From positions 1,770,001 through 1,802,000 of the forward strand of contig NZ_CP060715.1 in NCBI RefSeq assembly GCF_014396165.1: a DNA stretch of 32,000 bases. The letters run 5' to 3'. The DNA is from Erysipelothrix inopinata. GTDB taxonomy: Bacteria; Bacillota_I; Bacilli_A; Erysipelotrichales; Erysipelotrichaceae. The notes beneath the pieces are model-generated. The model was not told the DNA's origin and searched no databases. It worked only from the letters and a program-made list of their open reading frames with translations. Shown here piece after piece: positions 6,905 to 17,985 of this stretch (position 1 is the first letter of the stretch; each line of letters begins with the position of its first letter). A program made the position numbers and the translations under genes.

Positions 6905-8929
6905 TTAATTATCTTTCATATAGTAATCTATTACTTTTGTTGTAAGTGGACCACAAACATTTAATAACGCATATCCTGTTCCACGATCTGGATAAGCATT
7001 TGGAGCAACACAGCTCACAGCTACCTTTGGCGAATCAAACGGAGCAAATGCAACGAAGGTTGAATTACGCAATCCATTCGAATCTTGAGCGGTACCTGTT
7101 TTCGCAGCAACTGGGAATCCCAGACGGTTGATGTCAGTACAGTTTCCTGTTGCAGCACACTGTCTCATTCCTTCACGAACATGTGACAATGCCTCCGGAT
7201 TTTCTAATACATTTAATACTTCAACATTGTTTTGATAAACAGTTTCTTTAGTATCATGATTTTGAGCTTCGGTTACAAAGCGAGGTTTCATTCGATATCC
7301 ACCATTCGCAATGGTTGAAATATATTGATTTAATTGAAGCGCATTGTAGTTATCAAATTGGCCAATAGCAAATTCGAGTAATGTACCCGAGTTATTCGTT
7401 GAACCTTTAAATCCAATTTCTTCACGAGGATAGTCAACTTGAGTTTTAACACCTAAACCAAATTGGCTATAGTAATCTCGCATAGTTCCATAAGTTTTTA
7501 TTGGATCTGGGAAAACTAGCGGTCCATTGGGAACGTAAGTTGTATTTCCTAAACCAATTGCAACATAGAACATATAAATATTACTTGAGAGTTTTAAAGA
7601 TGACACATCATCTACCATACCAAGGTTACGATACGAGACACGTGCAGGAGTTCCTGCAATCGTCATAGGCGTATCCATAATCGCCTGACCATGTTTCATG
7701 ACACCCTCGTTAAGTCCCATGTAAACAGTAGCTCCCTTAACGGTTGAACCGAGTGGGAAAGCATTTAACATGATACGTTGCGGATCATTGAAATAATTAC
7801 CATCACTGCCTCGTGTAACTGCAGAAAATGCGAGAATATCTCCTGTATTCGGATCAGAAACAACGACTTGAATTTGGTCCATATTTTTCCGGTCAGCAAT
7901 ACCTTCCATACTTCTTAGAAGTGCTTCCGATTCACTTTCAACATATTTTTGCAAATCAAAGTCAATTGCAGTTACGAGATCAAATCCTTTTTGACCTGGT
8001 TTCTTTTCGCTGACTTCAATTTTGCTACCATTCTTTTCATATTCCACATCAACGCCAGAAAGTAAGCGTTCATATTGATACTCTAATCCATAGACTCCAA
8101 CTTCAGCGTCTTTTGCATAACCGCTAGAAATAAAGTAATCGAGTTTCTCATATGGAATATCTCCAACACCACCGAAGATGGTTTCTAAGTTAATTTCTTC
8201 GTTATGTTCTCGTTCATATCGAATTCGATGTGAGAATCCAGGAAATTCATTAGCATGTTCTGCAAGGTATGCAATCTGTTCATTCGTAACTTCTTCCATA
8301 ATTAATGCAGATTGACCCATCTGAATATTTTCCATTTTAGAAACGATATTAAAAGCTTTTCTCTTTTCAGAACTCAAAGAATTAATCATTTCCTCAGTAA
8401 TTCGTTCTCGTTTCAATTTTTCAGCTTCTGATTCTTTCAAACTCCCCTTTTTGAAGAGTTCATTTTCTTCATCTGTTAATAGCTCTTTACCAAGTTTGTT
8501 TTCACGCAACCAAAGTGTTTTGAGATCATACTCATTGAGTTTTTCTTCAACCGGAAATGCATTTGCAAAATGCATTCCCAACTCCATTTTAGCGTCATAA
8601 TCCATTGACTTAATAGGATCATAAACAATGGTATTAATCGTTCTATTAGAAACAAGTACTTTACCATTTCTATCATGGAATTCACCACGCATAACATTAC
8701 CTTTTATAGGTGGTGTCGTATATTTTTCTCGAAGATCTGCAAAATGTTCTGCTTGAACAATTTGAACTTGATATAAACGCCAAACTAGAATTCCAACAAG
8801 GATCATGATAATCCCCATTAGAATCTTCAGTCTGTAATTTATAAGTTTCTCAACATCCATTTTCTTTTTAAGGTGTTCACTACTTCCTGAATAGTCTTTA
8901 ACACGATTTTTATTTTTAAGGAAATTCAT
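6905..8929 (-). CDS. class B penicillin-binding protein (transpeptidase, PBP2-type)
   Basis: Has an N-terminal TM segment (ILMGIIMILVGILVW). The three transpeptidase motifs are present: STVK (in GSTVKGATV), SSN (in SSNIYM) and KTGTA. GGAGGTGAG precedes the ATG. Confidence 0.9.
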   Translation of the reverse strand: MNFLKNKNRVKDYSGSSEHLKKKMDVEKLINYRLKILMGIIMILVGILVWRLYQVQIVQAEHFADLREKYTTPPIKGNVMRGEFHDRNGKVLVSNRTINTIVYDPIKSMDYDAKMELGMHFANAFPVEEKLNEYDLKTLWLRENKLGKELLTDEENELFKKGSLKESEAEKLKRERITEEMINSLSSEKRKAFNIVSKMENIQMGQSALIMEEVTNEQIAYLAEHANEFPGFSHRIRYEREHNEEINLETIFGGVGDIPYEKLDYFISSGYAKDAEVGVYGLEYQYERLLSGVDVEYEKNGSKIEVSEKKPGQKGFDLVTAIDFDLQKYVESESEALLRSMEGIADRKNMDQIQVVVSDPNTGDILAFSAVTRGSDGNYFNDPQRIMLNAFPLGSTVKGATVYMGLNEGVMKHGQAIMDTPMTIAGTPARVSYRNLGMVDDVSSLKLSSNIYMFYVAIGLGNTTYVPNGPLVFPDPIKTYGTMRDYYSQFGLGVKTQVDYPREEIGFKGSTNNSGTLLEFAIGQFDNYNALQLNQYISTIANGGYRMKPRFVTEAQNHDTKETVYQNNVEVLNVLENPEALSHVREGMRQCAATGNCTDINRLGFPVAAKTGTAQDSNGLRNSTFVAFAPFDSPKVAVSCVAPNAYPDRGTGYALLNVCGPLTTKVIDYYMKDN

Positions 8930-8943
8930 GACTCACCTCCGTT

Positions 8944-10269
8944 TTACATTTCTCGTTCTTTTTGTTTTGCTTTAGCTCTTTCTTTTTTCTGAAGTCTGAT
9001 TTCTTCACGAATCATTGCACGTTTCTTACGTGACATCATATCATCAATCTCACGTTTACGTTTCACTTTGTATCCAGGTTTAACTTTAATCTTTTTACGA
9101 TTTAAGATTTGAGCAACTTCAGGATCGACTTTTTTCGTGCGTTTCTCAATATTGTAGAAAGGACGTGCCGGAACCAAGGTCCCTTTTTCAATTTTCATAT
9201 AATTGAATACAACATTACTCTTCATCAATTTTGAGACAGAATTTTGATCTTTAGGACCTACAATAGAGATACAGTATCCTTCACGACCAGAACGCCCTGT
9301 ACGACCAGAACGGTGTGTATAGAATGATAAATCATGTGTTGGAAGTCCAACATTAATAACATGACTAATCTCTGGTAAGTCAATACCACGAGCAGCTAGG
9401 TCTGTTGCAACGATGTATTGAACTTTCTTACTATGAATTCGTGACATAACTTGTTTACGACCACGGTCATCAACATCTCCATGGATTTCAACGCAGTCGA
9501 TACCATAATCACGTAAGTATCTCGCAATTTCAACAGCTTCTGTCTTTGTATTGGTAAAGATAATAACTAGAAGCGGATTGATAACTGATAAGATATCTAA
9601 TACAGCTTCTTCACTATTACGGTGGCGCCTGTTTACTAATATATGTTCGATTCTAGGTTTAAGTTTTTCTTCCGTAGAAACAATTTCAATCGGATGATGA
9701 AGGTATTTTTTAATAAAACTTCTTAATCCCGATGGGATTGTTGCTGAGAAAAGCATAAAGGTAGTTTCAGTTAGCAATCGCGATGCGATGGTATCAACTT
9801 CATCAATAAATCCGTAGTCTAACATCATATCTGTTTCATCGATAATACATACCTTAATTGTATCAACACGAAGTACATTCCAACTTAAAATATCAATGAA
9901 TTTACCAGGTGTTGTTATTAAGATATGAGGTTGTTTTGCCATTTTAGACTCAAGACGTTTGTTATCCATCCCACCAATTGCAAGTTCAATTGAAATTTTG
10001 GGTTCAACTTCGATAATATCACGCGCAAAATTATTTATTTGCATCGCAAGTTCACGAGTTGGCGCTAGAATTAAAGCCTGTGTTTGGTTTAAGTCTGGAT
10101 TAATTTTTTCTAAAATTGCGAACAAAAAAGCATGTGTTTTCCCTGTTCCGGTATCGGATTTAACAATTAAATCTCGATTTGTTTTAATTTCCTTCAATAC
10201 TTTTTCTTGTACCGAAGTTAACTCAACGAAATTATTTTTTTCAAATAACTTTTGTGATAGTTCATTCAT
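8944..10269 (-). CDS. cshB: DEAD-box ATP-dependent RNA helicase (CshB-like) with a basic C-terminal tail
   Basis: Q-motif TSVQ, motif I DTGTGKTH, PTRELA, motif II DETD, SAT and HRSGRTGR. The C-terminus is K/R-rich. The ATG at 10269 is preferred over the GTG at 10278. Confidence 0.85.
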   Translation of the reverse strand: MNELSQKLFEKNNFVELTSVQEKVLKEIKTNRDLIVKSDTGTGKTHAFLFAILEKINPDLNQTQALILAPTRELAMQINNFARDIIEVEPKISIELAIGGMDNKRLESKMAKQPHILITTPGKFIDILSWNVLRVDTIKVCIIDETDMMLDYGFIDEVDTIASRLLTETTFMLFSATIPSGLRSFIKKYLHHPIEIVSTEEKLKPRIEHILVNRRHRNSEEAVLDILSVINPLLVIIFTNTKTEAVEIARYLRDYGIDCVEIHGDVDDRGRKQVMSRIHSKKVQYIVATDLAARGIDLPEISHVINVGLPTHDLSFYTHRSGRTGRSGREGYCISIVGPKDQNSVSKLMKSNVVFNYMKIEKGTLVPARPFYNIEKRTKKVDPEVAQILNRKKIKVKPGYKVKRKREIDDMMSRKKRAMIREEIRLQKKERAKAKQKEREM

Positions 10270-10924
10270 GAGCACCACTTCCTTCTAAATACGTTTGTAT
10301 CACATTGAATTCATGACTAAGGTTTTCATCATGTTGTTTTATTGTTTGTAATTTATCACGTCGTTGTTGCAGATGCTTAATGTATTCCACATCTTTATTA
10401 CGTGATAAAATGGGACCAATTATTTGTTCTTGATCAGTTAGGATTCGTTCATTTTGGCTATAACTAACTTTAATAATAAAAGTAGGAATCGTACGATCAA
10501 ACATAAATAGCTCATCTTCAATTTCAAAGCCTGCACCACTTAATTTTTGACGTAACCAAGGATTCTTAGTATTTGATTGAATAATTATCAAATCGTTTTT
10601 ATCAAATGTATATCCCAAAATAATATCCCAAATTGTTTCAGCACCCATACCCGCAATTACAAAGCAATCAGCATCGCCCTCAAACCCCTCTAAGCCATTT
10701 CGCAATTGTAATTCAACACAATCATTCAAATCGTACTTAGCAATATTCTTTTGAGCTTGACTCAAGGGCAATTTCGCAATATCCAATCCATAGGCTTTAC
10801 GAACCTTACCACTTTCAATACTTTTTGCAATCAACAACCCATGATCAGTTCCCACATCAGCAAGAATTGCATTTTGCGGGATTAAATCATGAATTGCCAT
10901 TAATCTTTTTGATAACTGAATCAT
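10262..10924 (-). CDS. trmK: tRNA (adenine22-N1)-methyltransferase TrmK
   Basis: [31 protein letters not shown]... is the typical TrmK/YqfN N-terminus. It sits downstream of sigA, as in Bacillus. Confidence 0.8.
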   Translation of the reverse strand: MIQLSKRLMAIHDLIPQNAILADVGTDHGLLIAKSIESGKVRKAYGLDIAKLPLSQAQKNIAKYDLNDCVELQLRNGLEGFEGDADCFVIAGMGAETIWDIILGYTFDKNDLIIIQSNTKNPWLRQKLSGAGFEIEDELFMFDRTIPTFIIKVSYSQNERILTDQEQIIGPILSRNKDVEYIKHLQQRRDKLQTIKQHDENLSHEFNVIQTYLEGSGAHE

Positions 10925-12297
10925 TATCGTTTGTCTACGAAGTCACGAAGACGTTTTGAGCGTGTAGGATGTTTAAGTTTTCGTAATGCTTTCGCTTCGA
11001 TTTGACGAATACGTTCACGTGTAACATTAAACTCTTTACCAACTTCTTCAAGAGTGCGTGTTCTACCATCTTCAAGTCCGAAACGAAGACGCAATACTTT
11101 CTCTTCACGTTCAGTAAGGCCTTCTAACACCATGTTAATTTCTTCTTTGAGTAATTGATTGTTTGCATACTCATCTGGTGACATTGCATCTTTATCTTCG
11201 ATAAAGTCTCCTAAATGAGAATCATCTTCTTCACCAATTGGTGTTTCCAATGAAACTGGATCTAAAGCAATCTTTTGAATTTCACGAACTTTTTCAGGTG
11301 TGATGCCTTCCATCTCAGCTGCAATTTCTTCTGCAGTCGGTTCACGTCCAAGTGTTTGAACTAATGAACGTTGCACACGAGTCAATTTATTAATTGTTTC
11401 AACCATGTGAACTGGGATACGAATTGTACGAGCTTGGTCAGCAATTGCACGTGTGATTGCTTGACGAATCCACCATGTTGCATAAGTTGAGAATTTGAAT
11501 CCTTTCGTATAATCGAATTTTTCAACAGCTTTAACAAGACCCATATTACCTTCTTGGATCAAGTCAAGGAATAACATACCACGTCCAACATATTTCTTAG
11601 CAATTGAAACAACAAGACGTAAGTTAGCTGAAATTAAGATACGACGTGCTTCTTGTCCATCAAAGTATGTATCAATACAGTTGTCAACATAAGCAAGGTT
11701 TGATTCATCATCTTGGAAATGGTCTTGAAGAATGTCAAAGATATCTTCAATCTTCAACTCTTGCATAATTATCTCAAATTCTTCATCATCAACATCTGCT
11801 GCAAGATGCTCACGATAGAGATTTATAATCAATTCTTTCGCTTGTTCACCCTCTTGAAGTCGACGTGCAATTTCAGGTTCGTCTTTAGGATCAAGAAGAT
11901 TAACACGACCAATTTCCTTCAAGTACATTTTCACTGGATCATTGATACGTACAAGGTTAGCGGATGTGAGTTCATTTTCATAGGAACTTAAATCAACCTT
12001 ATTCATGGAGTCATCAAAAGGAACATCTCCATCAACAGCATCATCATCTAAAAGCGCATCGTCTTCCAATGCATCTTCGTCATCAAGAAGAACTTCTTCT
12101 TCAATGTCATCCTCTTCATCAACTAAGATAATATTATTATCTGAAAACCAATTGAAGAGTTCTTCTGATTCATCATCAGATAAATTCAAGTGATCAATTG
12201 CTTTCTCAACATATTCATTAAGTAAACGTTGATCTTTCTCAGACTGTTTTAAAAACTCCTCTTTTACTTCTTCTAAAGTTTTAATCTTTTTCGCCAT
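10924..12297 (-). CDS. sigA: primary RNA polymerase sigma factor SigA/RpoD
   Basis: Region 2-4 motifs are present: [56 protein letters not shown] and [20 protein letters not shown]. At 457 aa it is long, with an acidic N-terminal expansion. Confidence 0.95.
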   Translation of the reverse strand: MAKKIKTLEEVKEEFLKQSEKDQRLLNEYVEKAIDHLNLSDDESEELFNWFSDNNIILVDEEDDIEEEVLLDDEDALEDDALLDDDAVDGDVPFDDSMNKVDLSSYENELTSANLVRINDPVKMYLKEIGRVNLLDPKDEPEIARRLQEGEQAKELIINLYREHLAADVDDEEFEIIMQELKIEDIFDILQDHFQDDESNLAYVDNCIDTYFDGQEARRILISANLRLVVSIAKKYVGRGMLFLDLIQEGNMGLVKAVEKFDYTKGFKFSTYATWWIRQAITRAIADQARTIRIPVHMVETINKLTRVQRSLVQTLGREPTAEEIAAEMEGITPEKVREIQKIALDPVSLETPIGEEDDSHLGDFIEDKDAMSPDEYANNQLLKEEINMVLEGLTEREEKVLRLRFGLEDGRTRTLEEVGKEFNVTRERIRQIEAKALRKLKHPTRSKRLRDFVDKR

Positions 12298-14044
12298 TCA
12301 TGTTCTCCTTTTTATTCGTTCTCATCGTTTTGATTGCTTGTTCAAATAATTCAATTTGATCATCAATCGTAACTTGCTCTCTTATTTGGTTTCGATACGC
12401 ATTAACATTCATCGTTACCAAACGTTTCTTCACTAATTCAATATTTTGATATAACCCTTCTTTGTTATATCGATCAATCAGTTCATCCTCTTCCAATTCA
12501 ATTGCGAACTTTTTCAATTTGTCATTCACATCCAAAGATAAAATATCGGCAATGGCAATTTCTTGTTGATTACGATATTGATCTAATAGAATCAACGCAA
12601 AATCAGTTGCTAAATCCGATATCAGAAATCCTAATTGATCTCGATATATATATGCAGCTTCTTTCGATAACATCATATATTTTAATATGGATCTTTCAGG
12701 GATGCTTATGTTAAATTGATTCATGTTCTCGACAATTGTTCGTTGCACAATTTCAGGTTGGTCCGTTTTATGAACAAGTTGTTGCGACAAGACGCTATAC
12801 TCGAAACCTGTTTTGTCTGCAAGTTTCTTTAAATAATAACTTTGTTCAAGTTCGTCCTCTTGACCCAGATGTTTGAGCATAAATTCGACGACATGTTTGC
12901 GTTTTTCAAATGAATCAAGGCCGTATTGGCCAATCGCATAGCTCATTAAAAAATCAAGCCAATGGATTCTATCATCTATTCCACGTCTTACTGCGTCTTT
13001 CCCGTTTTTACGAACTGCTTCATCGGGGTCGAGACCACTATCATTATACCATACTGTGATATTACATTGTTCATTTCTTAATTTCGTTCCTATCTGATAT
13101 GTTGCCTCGAGTCCAGCACGGTCACCATCGAATGCTAAAACAATATTATGACTGCATTCCTTAATAAGACGAATTTGGTCTGGAGTACATGCTACTCCGA
13201 GTAATGAAGCAACATTCGGGAAACCAATCTTAGTAAAAGCAATGGTATCCGTGACACCTTCTGATAAGATGATAAACCCCTGTTTACGAGCTACATCTTT
13301 AGCACGGTGAAAGTTGTAAACAGTTTTCCCCTTAACATAAAGCTTAGTCTCACTACTGTTGATATATTTAACAGAGTTATTGTTATCTAAAGCACGCGCG
13401 CTAAACGCGATAACTTGACCATATCTATTATGAATTGGAAACATAATACGATCATAGAATACATCCATAACGCCACGATCATTAAGGCGCGCCAAATCAC
13501 ACGCAATTAACGTTTCATCATCAAACCCTTTTGCTTTCAGAAATTTAGTAAGCTGAAAATTATCATAAACAACGCCAATTCCGAATTCTTTAATTAATGC
13601 GTCATCATAACCACGTTCACGAATCGCACTTAATCCGCGTTGCCCTTCTTTAGTAAAAAGTTGGAACGACGTAAATTTTTGCGCCTCATCCATGGCTTCT
13701 AATAACTTTTCTTTTTCTTCGTCAACAGGTTTTGTCTCTATTGATTCGTATTCACTCACATCAATATTTGCATACGTTGCTGTTTTTAATACTGCATCAA
13801 TAAAATTCACTTTTTCATAATCTTGGATAAAAGTAAAAACATTGCCGCCCGCTCCACAAACAAAGCATTTATATATTTGCCGATCTGGAGAGACAGACAT
13901 TGACGGATCATGATCATCGTGAAAAGGACAAACACCAACATAGTTTTTGCCCTTTTTTGATAATGAGATATAACGTGATACAACGTCAACAACATCCGTT
14001 TTAGAGCGAATGTCATTAATTAAACTTTCTGGCAATCGCCTCAT
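12281..14044 (-). CDS. dnaG: DNA primase
   Basis: Zinc finger [13 protein letters not shown]...[28 protein letters not shown]...DGDRAG. It overlaps sigA by 17 nt. Confidence 0.95.
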   Translation of the reverse strand: MRRLPESLINDIRSKTDVVDVVSRYISLSKKGKNYVGVCPFHDDHDPSMSVSPDRQIYKCFVCGAGGNVFTFIQDYEKVNFIDAVLKTATYANIDVSEYESIETKPVDEEKEKLLEAMDEAQKFTSFQLFTKEGQRGLSAIRERGYDDALIKEFGIGVVYDNFQLTKFLKAKGFDDETLIACDLARLNDRGVMDVFYDRIMFPIHNRYGQVIAFSARALDNNNSVKYINSSETKLYVKGKTVYNFHRAKDVARKQGFIILSEGVTDTIAFTKIGFPNVASLLGVACTPDQIRLIKECSHNIVLAFDGDRAGLEATYQIGTKLRNEQCNITVWYNDSGLDPDEAVRKNGKDAVRRGIDDRIHWLDFLMSYAIGQYGLDSFEKRKHVVEFMLKHLGQEDELEQSYYLKKLADKTGFEYSVLSQQLVHKTDQPEIVQRTIVENMNQFNISIPERSILKYMMLSKEAAYIYRDQLGFLISDLATDFALILLDQYRNQQEIAIADILSLDVNDKLKKFAIELEEDELIDRYNKEGLYQNIELVKKRLVTMNVNAYRNQIREQVTIDDQIELFEQAIKTMRTNKKENMNGEKD

Positions 14045-14050
14045 TTTTCA

Positions 14051-15427
14051 TCACCCATTAATTGCTTTTGTAATAATATCTTTTGCTTCTTCAATTGTTA
14101 CACGAACTTGTTCCATTGAGTCACGGTAACGAAGTGTTACAGTGTTATCTTCAAGAGAATCAAAGTCTACTGTGATAACAAATGGTGTTCCAATCGCATC
14201 TTGACGACGGTATCGTTTGCCGATGCTTCCGCTTTCGTCATAATCGCATGCAAATTCGCCCATAAACTCACCAAGGACTTCTTGCCCTTTGTCAGATAGC
14301 TTTTTAGACAATGGTAAGATACATACTTGTACAGGAGCTACTTTCGGTGCAAATCGCATAACGATACGTGAATCGTTTTCAAGTTCTTCTTCATCATATG
14401 CTTCACAAATCAATGCTAACATGAGACGTTCAACCCCTAATGATGGTTCAACACAATAAGGAATATATTTTTCATTTGTTTCTGGATCTAAGTACTCCAT
14501 ATTAACTTTCGAATGAATTTGATGTTGTTTAAGGTCATAGTCAGTACGGTCTGCAATACCCCATAATTCATCAAATCCCCATGGGAAACGATATTCGATA
14601 TCACTTGTACCTGTTGAATAGTGAGATAGCTCTTCAGCATCATGTTCACGCAAAATCAAGTTTTCTGAATCAATGCCTAAATCAATTAGCCAATTCATTG
14701 CAAAATCTTTCCAGTATTCATACCATTTTAAATCTTCACCTGGTTTAACAAAGAATTCAAGCTCCATTTGTTCAAATTCACGTGTTCTAAAGATGAATTG
14801 ACCTGGTGTGATTTCATTACGGAATGACTTACCAATTTGAGCAATACCAAATGGTAACTTCTTACGCATCGTGCGTTGAACATTACGATAGTTTACAAAC
14901 ATACCTTGAGCGGTTTCAGGACGTAAATAAATTGCATTCGTATTATCTTCGGTAACACCTTGGAATGTTTTAAACATCAAATTAAACTGTCTAATTGATG
15001 TGAAATCATGACCACCACAGTTAGGACATGGAATTTTATGTTCAGCAATGTAGCTTTCCATTTCTTCATTTGTCATAACACCTGCATTAACAGTGTTCCC
15101 TGAAAATTCTTCAATTAATTTATCTGCACGATGACGTGTTTTACATTGACGACAATCCATCAATGGATCATTAAACGTATCTAAGTGTCCACTTGCTTTC
15201 CAAACACTTGGGTTCATTAAAATTGCAGACTGAATCCCAACGTTATAAGGGTTACGGGATACAAATGATTGCCACCATAACTTCTTAACATTTTCCTTTA
15301 ATTCAATTCCTAAAGGTCCGAAATCCCATGTGTTAGCAAGACCTCCATAAATCTCGCTTCCTTGGAATACAAAACCTGTCTGTCTTACATGATTGACAAT
15401 TGTTTCAAATTCATATTTCTTTACCAT
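14051..15427 (-). CDS. glyQS: glycine--tRNA ligase, single-chain (alpha2) type
   Basis: 458 aa. [40 protein letters not shown]..., [16 protein letters not shown] and GVERL are class II GlyRS motifs. Confidence 0.95.
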   Translation of the reverse strand: MVKKYEFETIVNHVRQTGFVFQGSEIYGGLANTWDFGPLGIELKENVKKLWWQSFVSRNPYNVGIQSAILMNPSVWKASGHLDTFNDPLMDCRQCKTRHRADKLIEEFSGNTVNAGVMTNEEMESYIAEHKIPCPNCGGHDFTSIRQFNLMFKTFQGVTEDNTNAIYLRPETAQGMFVNYRNVQRTMRKKLPFGIAQIGKSFRNEITPGQFIFRTREFEQMELEFFVKPGEDLKWYEYWKDFAMNWLIDLGIDSENLILREHDAEELSHYSTGTSDIEYRFPWGFDELWGIADRTDYDLKQHQIHSKVNMEYLDPETNEKYIPYCVEPSLGVERLMLALICEAYDEEELENDSRIVMRFAPKVAPVQVCILPLSKKLSDKGQEVLGEFMGEFACDYDESGSIGKRYRRQDAIGTPFVITVDFDSLEDNTVTLRYRDSMEQVRVTIEEAKDIITKAING

Positions 15428-15457
15428 TTTCTCTCACCTTCTCATATACTTTCTCTA

Positions 15458-16153
15458 TTATACATTAGAAATTAGTTTCCAACTATTAAATTTATAATCT
15501 CCATGATATTCCAAATAATCAATCAGTACTGATAGTACTTGTTTAGCGTCTATTTCTTCTAGATAATCACGAATAGATTCCCGTGTAAATAGACCTTTCA
15601 AGGCTATTAACAACTCTTTTTGATTATGTCGATGGTTTCTTACATGTTGTTGGCAAAGATACCCACCTTGCTCAACTGAGAATTGCGAAATCAGCGAACT
15701 ACCGCAGATAACACAACCCGTGACATCTGGCGTAATCCCTTGAATTTCAATGATGTTTTTTACAAGCTCAATTAAAGTAATAACTTGAGATGTATCTCTT
15801 AAACCCTTTGCAAACATTGCATAGAACAGGTCATGATATTCTTCATCATAACAACGAATCGTAATCTCACTTAAACAAGAACTATACAACAACCAATCAA
15901 AATCTGATCGTCTCGTTAAATAACCATCTAGAAGTTCACCACCTGTAATACGGTTCAGTTGATTATCATTAAACTTTGATTCATATTTTACATAAGAATA
16001 TTCCAAGCCCAGTTTCCCCTGTTTTGATTTAGGTTTATAGTAACCCGGCAAAATCAATCGCATGAGCCCATGGTTCTCGGATAAAAACGTAATCATTGCG
16101 TCATGTTCACGGTAAGGAACTACCGCAAGAACATAACCACAATCAGGATTCAT
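15458..16153 (-). CDS. recO: DNA repair protein RecO
   Basis: OB-fold N-terminus (GYVLAVVPYREHDAMITFLSENHG) and a Cys cluster CVICGS...YLCQQH. The start is ATG 16153 or TTG 16165. It overlaps the era 3' end. Confidence 0.85.
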   Translation of the reverse strand: MNPDCGYVLAVVPYREHDAMITFLSENHGLMRLILPGYYKPKSKQGKLGLEYSYVKYESKFNDNQLNRITGGELLDGYLTRRSDFDWLLYSSCLSEITIRCYDEEYHDLFYAMFAKGLRDTSQVITLIELVKNIIEIQGITPDVTGCVICGSSLISQFSVEQGGYLCQQHVRNHRHNQKELLIALKGLFTRESIRDYLEEIDAKQVLSVLIDYLEYHGDYKFNSWKLISNV

Positions 16154-17039
16154 ATTGAATTTCAATATATCCGAGTTGATTTAACATCTTAGCACGATTA
16201 CGCCAGTTTTTCTCAACGCGAACATAAGTTTCAAGATAGACTTTCCCACCCATGATTGTTTCTAATTCTTCACGAGCTAGAATACCAATTTTCTTAATCA
16301 TTTGACCTTGTTTACCAATAATCATTCCTTTTTGTGAAGGTCTATCTACAAAGATAACAGCAGAAATAATAGTAGAACCATCCTTCTTCACAATCTTTTC
16401 AATAGCAACGGCCACTGAGTGTGGGATTTCTTCTTCCGTAAGTTTTAAAATTTTCTCGCGAATAATCTCAGCATAAATGAATTGTTCAGGATAAGCACTA
16501 ACTTGATCTTTTGGATAGTACATTACTCCTTCTTCAAGATAATCTAACGTTACATCTAGTAAGCGATCAACATTTTGGTCTTGAAGTGCAGAAATTGGAA
16601 TGATTTCTGTAAACTCAAAATCAGAGAATGTCGCAATTTTAAGTAACATTTCATCTTTCTCCATTAAGTCAGCCTTGTTGATAACAAGAAACACAGGCAA
16701 CTTAACTTTCTTTAATTTTTCAATTACAAATTCATCACCTTTACCAAAAGGTTGTGATCCATCAATAATATAGTAAATAATGTCTACACCTTTAAAGTGA
16801 GCATACGAAGCACTATTCATTCGTTCGCCCAACTCATGTTTTGGTTTATGAATACCTGGAGTATCAATAAAAATCATTTGATAATCTTCTTCTGTTCTCA
16901 CACCAATTATCGCATCGCGAGTTGTTTGTGCTTTTTCAGATACGATTGCAATTTTTTGCTTTACAATTTGATTAATAAGTGTTGATTTTCCTGCATTCGG
17001 TCTTCCAACAATTGATATAAATCCTGACTTAAATTCCAT
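16143..17039 (-). CDS. era: GTPase Era
   Basis: G1 GRPNAGKST, DTPG and NKAD motifs, with a C-terminal KH domain (IIGKQGQMIKKIG). Confidence 0.95.
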   Translation of the reverse strand: MEFKSGFISIVGRPNAGKSTLINQIVKQKIAIVSEKAQTTRDAIIGVRTEEDYQMIFIDTPGIHKPKHELGERMNSASYAHFKGVDIIYYIIDGSQPFGKGDEFVIEKLKKVKLPVFLVINKADLMEKDEMLLKIATFSDFEFTEIIPISALQDQNVDRLLDVTLDYLEEGVMYYPKDQVSAYPEQFIYAEIIREKILKLTEEEIPHSVAVAIEKIVKKDGSTIISAVIFVDRPSQKGMIIGKQGQMIKKIGILAREELETIMGGKVYLETYVRVEKNWRNRAKMLNQLGYIEIQYES

Positions 17040-17054
17040 TCATTTCCTCTTTTC

Positions 17055-17423
17055 TTAAATAAATCGACCTACGACAATAATTACAGCCACAACGACCGCA
17101 TATAATGCCGCCAACAACACTGCCCCTGCAGCGATATCTTTAACCTCTTTAACATGTAAATCATATTTTTTTTCAACAAGATCACATACATCTTCAATTG
17201 CTGAGTTCAAAAATTCTGTAATAAGAACTAAAAAAATTGCTGACAGAACAAAGAGCCACTCGTTTGTGGTAATTCTAAAAAAACTGAAAAAGACAATCGA
17301 AAGAATCGCAAATACAAATTGTATTTTGATACTTTTATCAAATCTTAGTCCAGCGATAATACCTTGAATAGCACATTGGAATTTTTTTATCGTTCGATTA
17401 ACGAGACTTTCTTGCGATTTCAT
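17055..17423 (-). CDS. dgkA: diacylglycerol/undecaprenol kinase DgkA family
   Basis: Small 3-TM protein with the EFLNSAIEDVCD motif. The start is taken at MKSQESL (17423). It overlaps ybeY by 26 nt. Confidence 0.85.
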   Translation of the reverse strand: MKSQESLVNRTIKKFQCAIQGIIAGLRFDKSIKIQFVFAILSIVFFSFFRITTNEWLFVLSAIFLVLITEFLNSAIEDVCDLVEKKYDLHVKEVKDIAAGAVLLAALYAVVVAVIIVVGRFI

Positions 17424-17841
17424 CCAATATCCTTTCTTGAAGCCCAAACATTTCCGCTTCATCTTCAGGAGTCATATGGTCATAACCCAAAAGATGTAAG
17501 TAACCATGAGTTACAAGAAAACAGAATTCTCTTTTTAAACTGTGTCCATAATCTTCAGCTTGACGACGAATTGCATCCACACTAATTACAATGTCCCCTA
17601 ACATGTGAACGCCATCTTCAACTGAATGATCTTCAAAACTTAATACATCAGTCGGACGATCAATGTCTCTAAAATCTCGATTCATAACATGGATGTCCTC
17701 GTCATGAACTAAAACGACACTAACTTCCACATTTTTGTCTGTGTCCGTAAGCGTCAATGTCTTATCAAGAATTGGTTCTAAATACTTTTTATAAGAAGCC
17801 CATGATTGTTCACGGCTGTTATTTATATAGTTTATTTTCAT
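17398..17841 (-). CDS. ybeY: rRNA maturation endoribonuclease YbeY
   Basis: Zinc motif HGYLHLLGYDH. 147 aa. Confidence 0.95.
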   Translation of the reverse strand: MKINYINNSREQSWASYKKYLEPILDKTLTLTDTDKNVEVSVVLVHDEDIHVMNRDFRDIDRPTDVLSFEDHSVEDGVHMLGDIVISVDAIRRQAEDYGHSLKREFCFLVTHGYLHLLGYDHMTPEDEAEMFGLQERILDEIARKSR

Positions 17842-17859
17842 ATCATCACTTCCGTGTTC

Positions 17860-17868
17860 ATTATATCA
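17860..17868 (-). promoter_or_regulatory. extended -10 promoter element upstream of ybeY
   Basis: The minus strand reads TGaTATAAT, 19 nt upstream of the ybeY ATG and directly after the upstream terminator. No clear -35. Confidence 0.4.
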
Positions 17869-17942
17869 CAATTTTATTTATTATTACCCTTTAATTACTC
17901 GCTATTCCCAAGTGTCCTTTCTCTAAATAATATGACTCCAAT

Positions 17943-17981
17943 AAAAAAAGTGAATCACCGATATTCAATGACTCACTTTTT
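17943..17981 (-). terminator. rho-independent terminator after the surface protein gene
   Basis: Minus strand: AAGUGAGUCA-(11-nt loop)-UGAUUCACUU (10 bp including one G-U pair) followed by UUUUUUU. Confidence 0.7.
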
Positions 17982-17985
17982 CACA

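Noticed and set aside
15428-15457. I looked for a T-box leader upstream of glyQS.
   Set aside because: The intergenic space is only 30 nt, and there is no specifier or T-box (AGGGTGGNACCGCG-like) sequence. The absence is reported as a finding instead.
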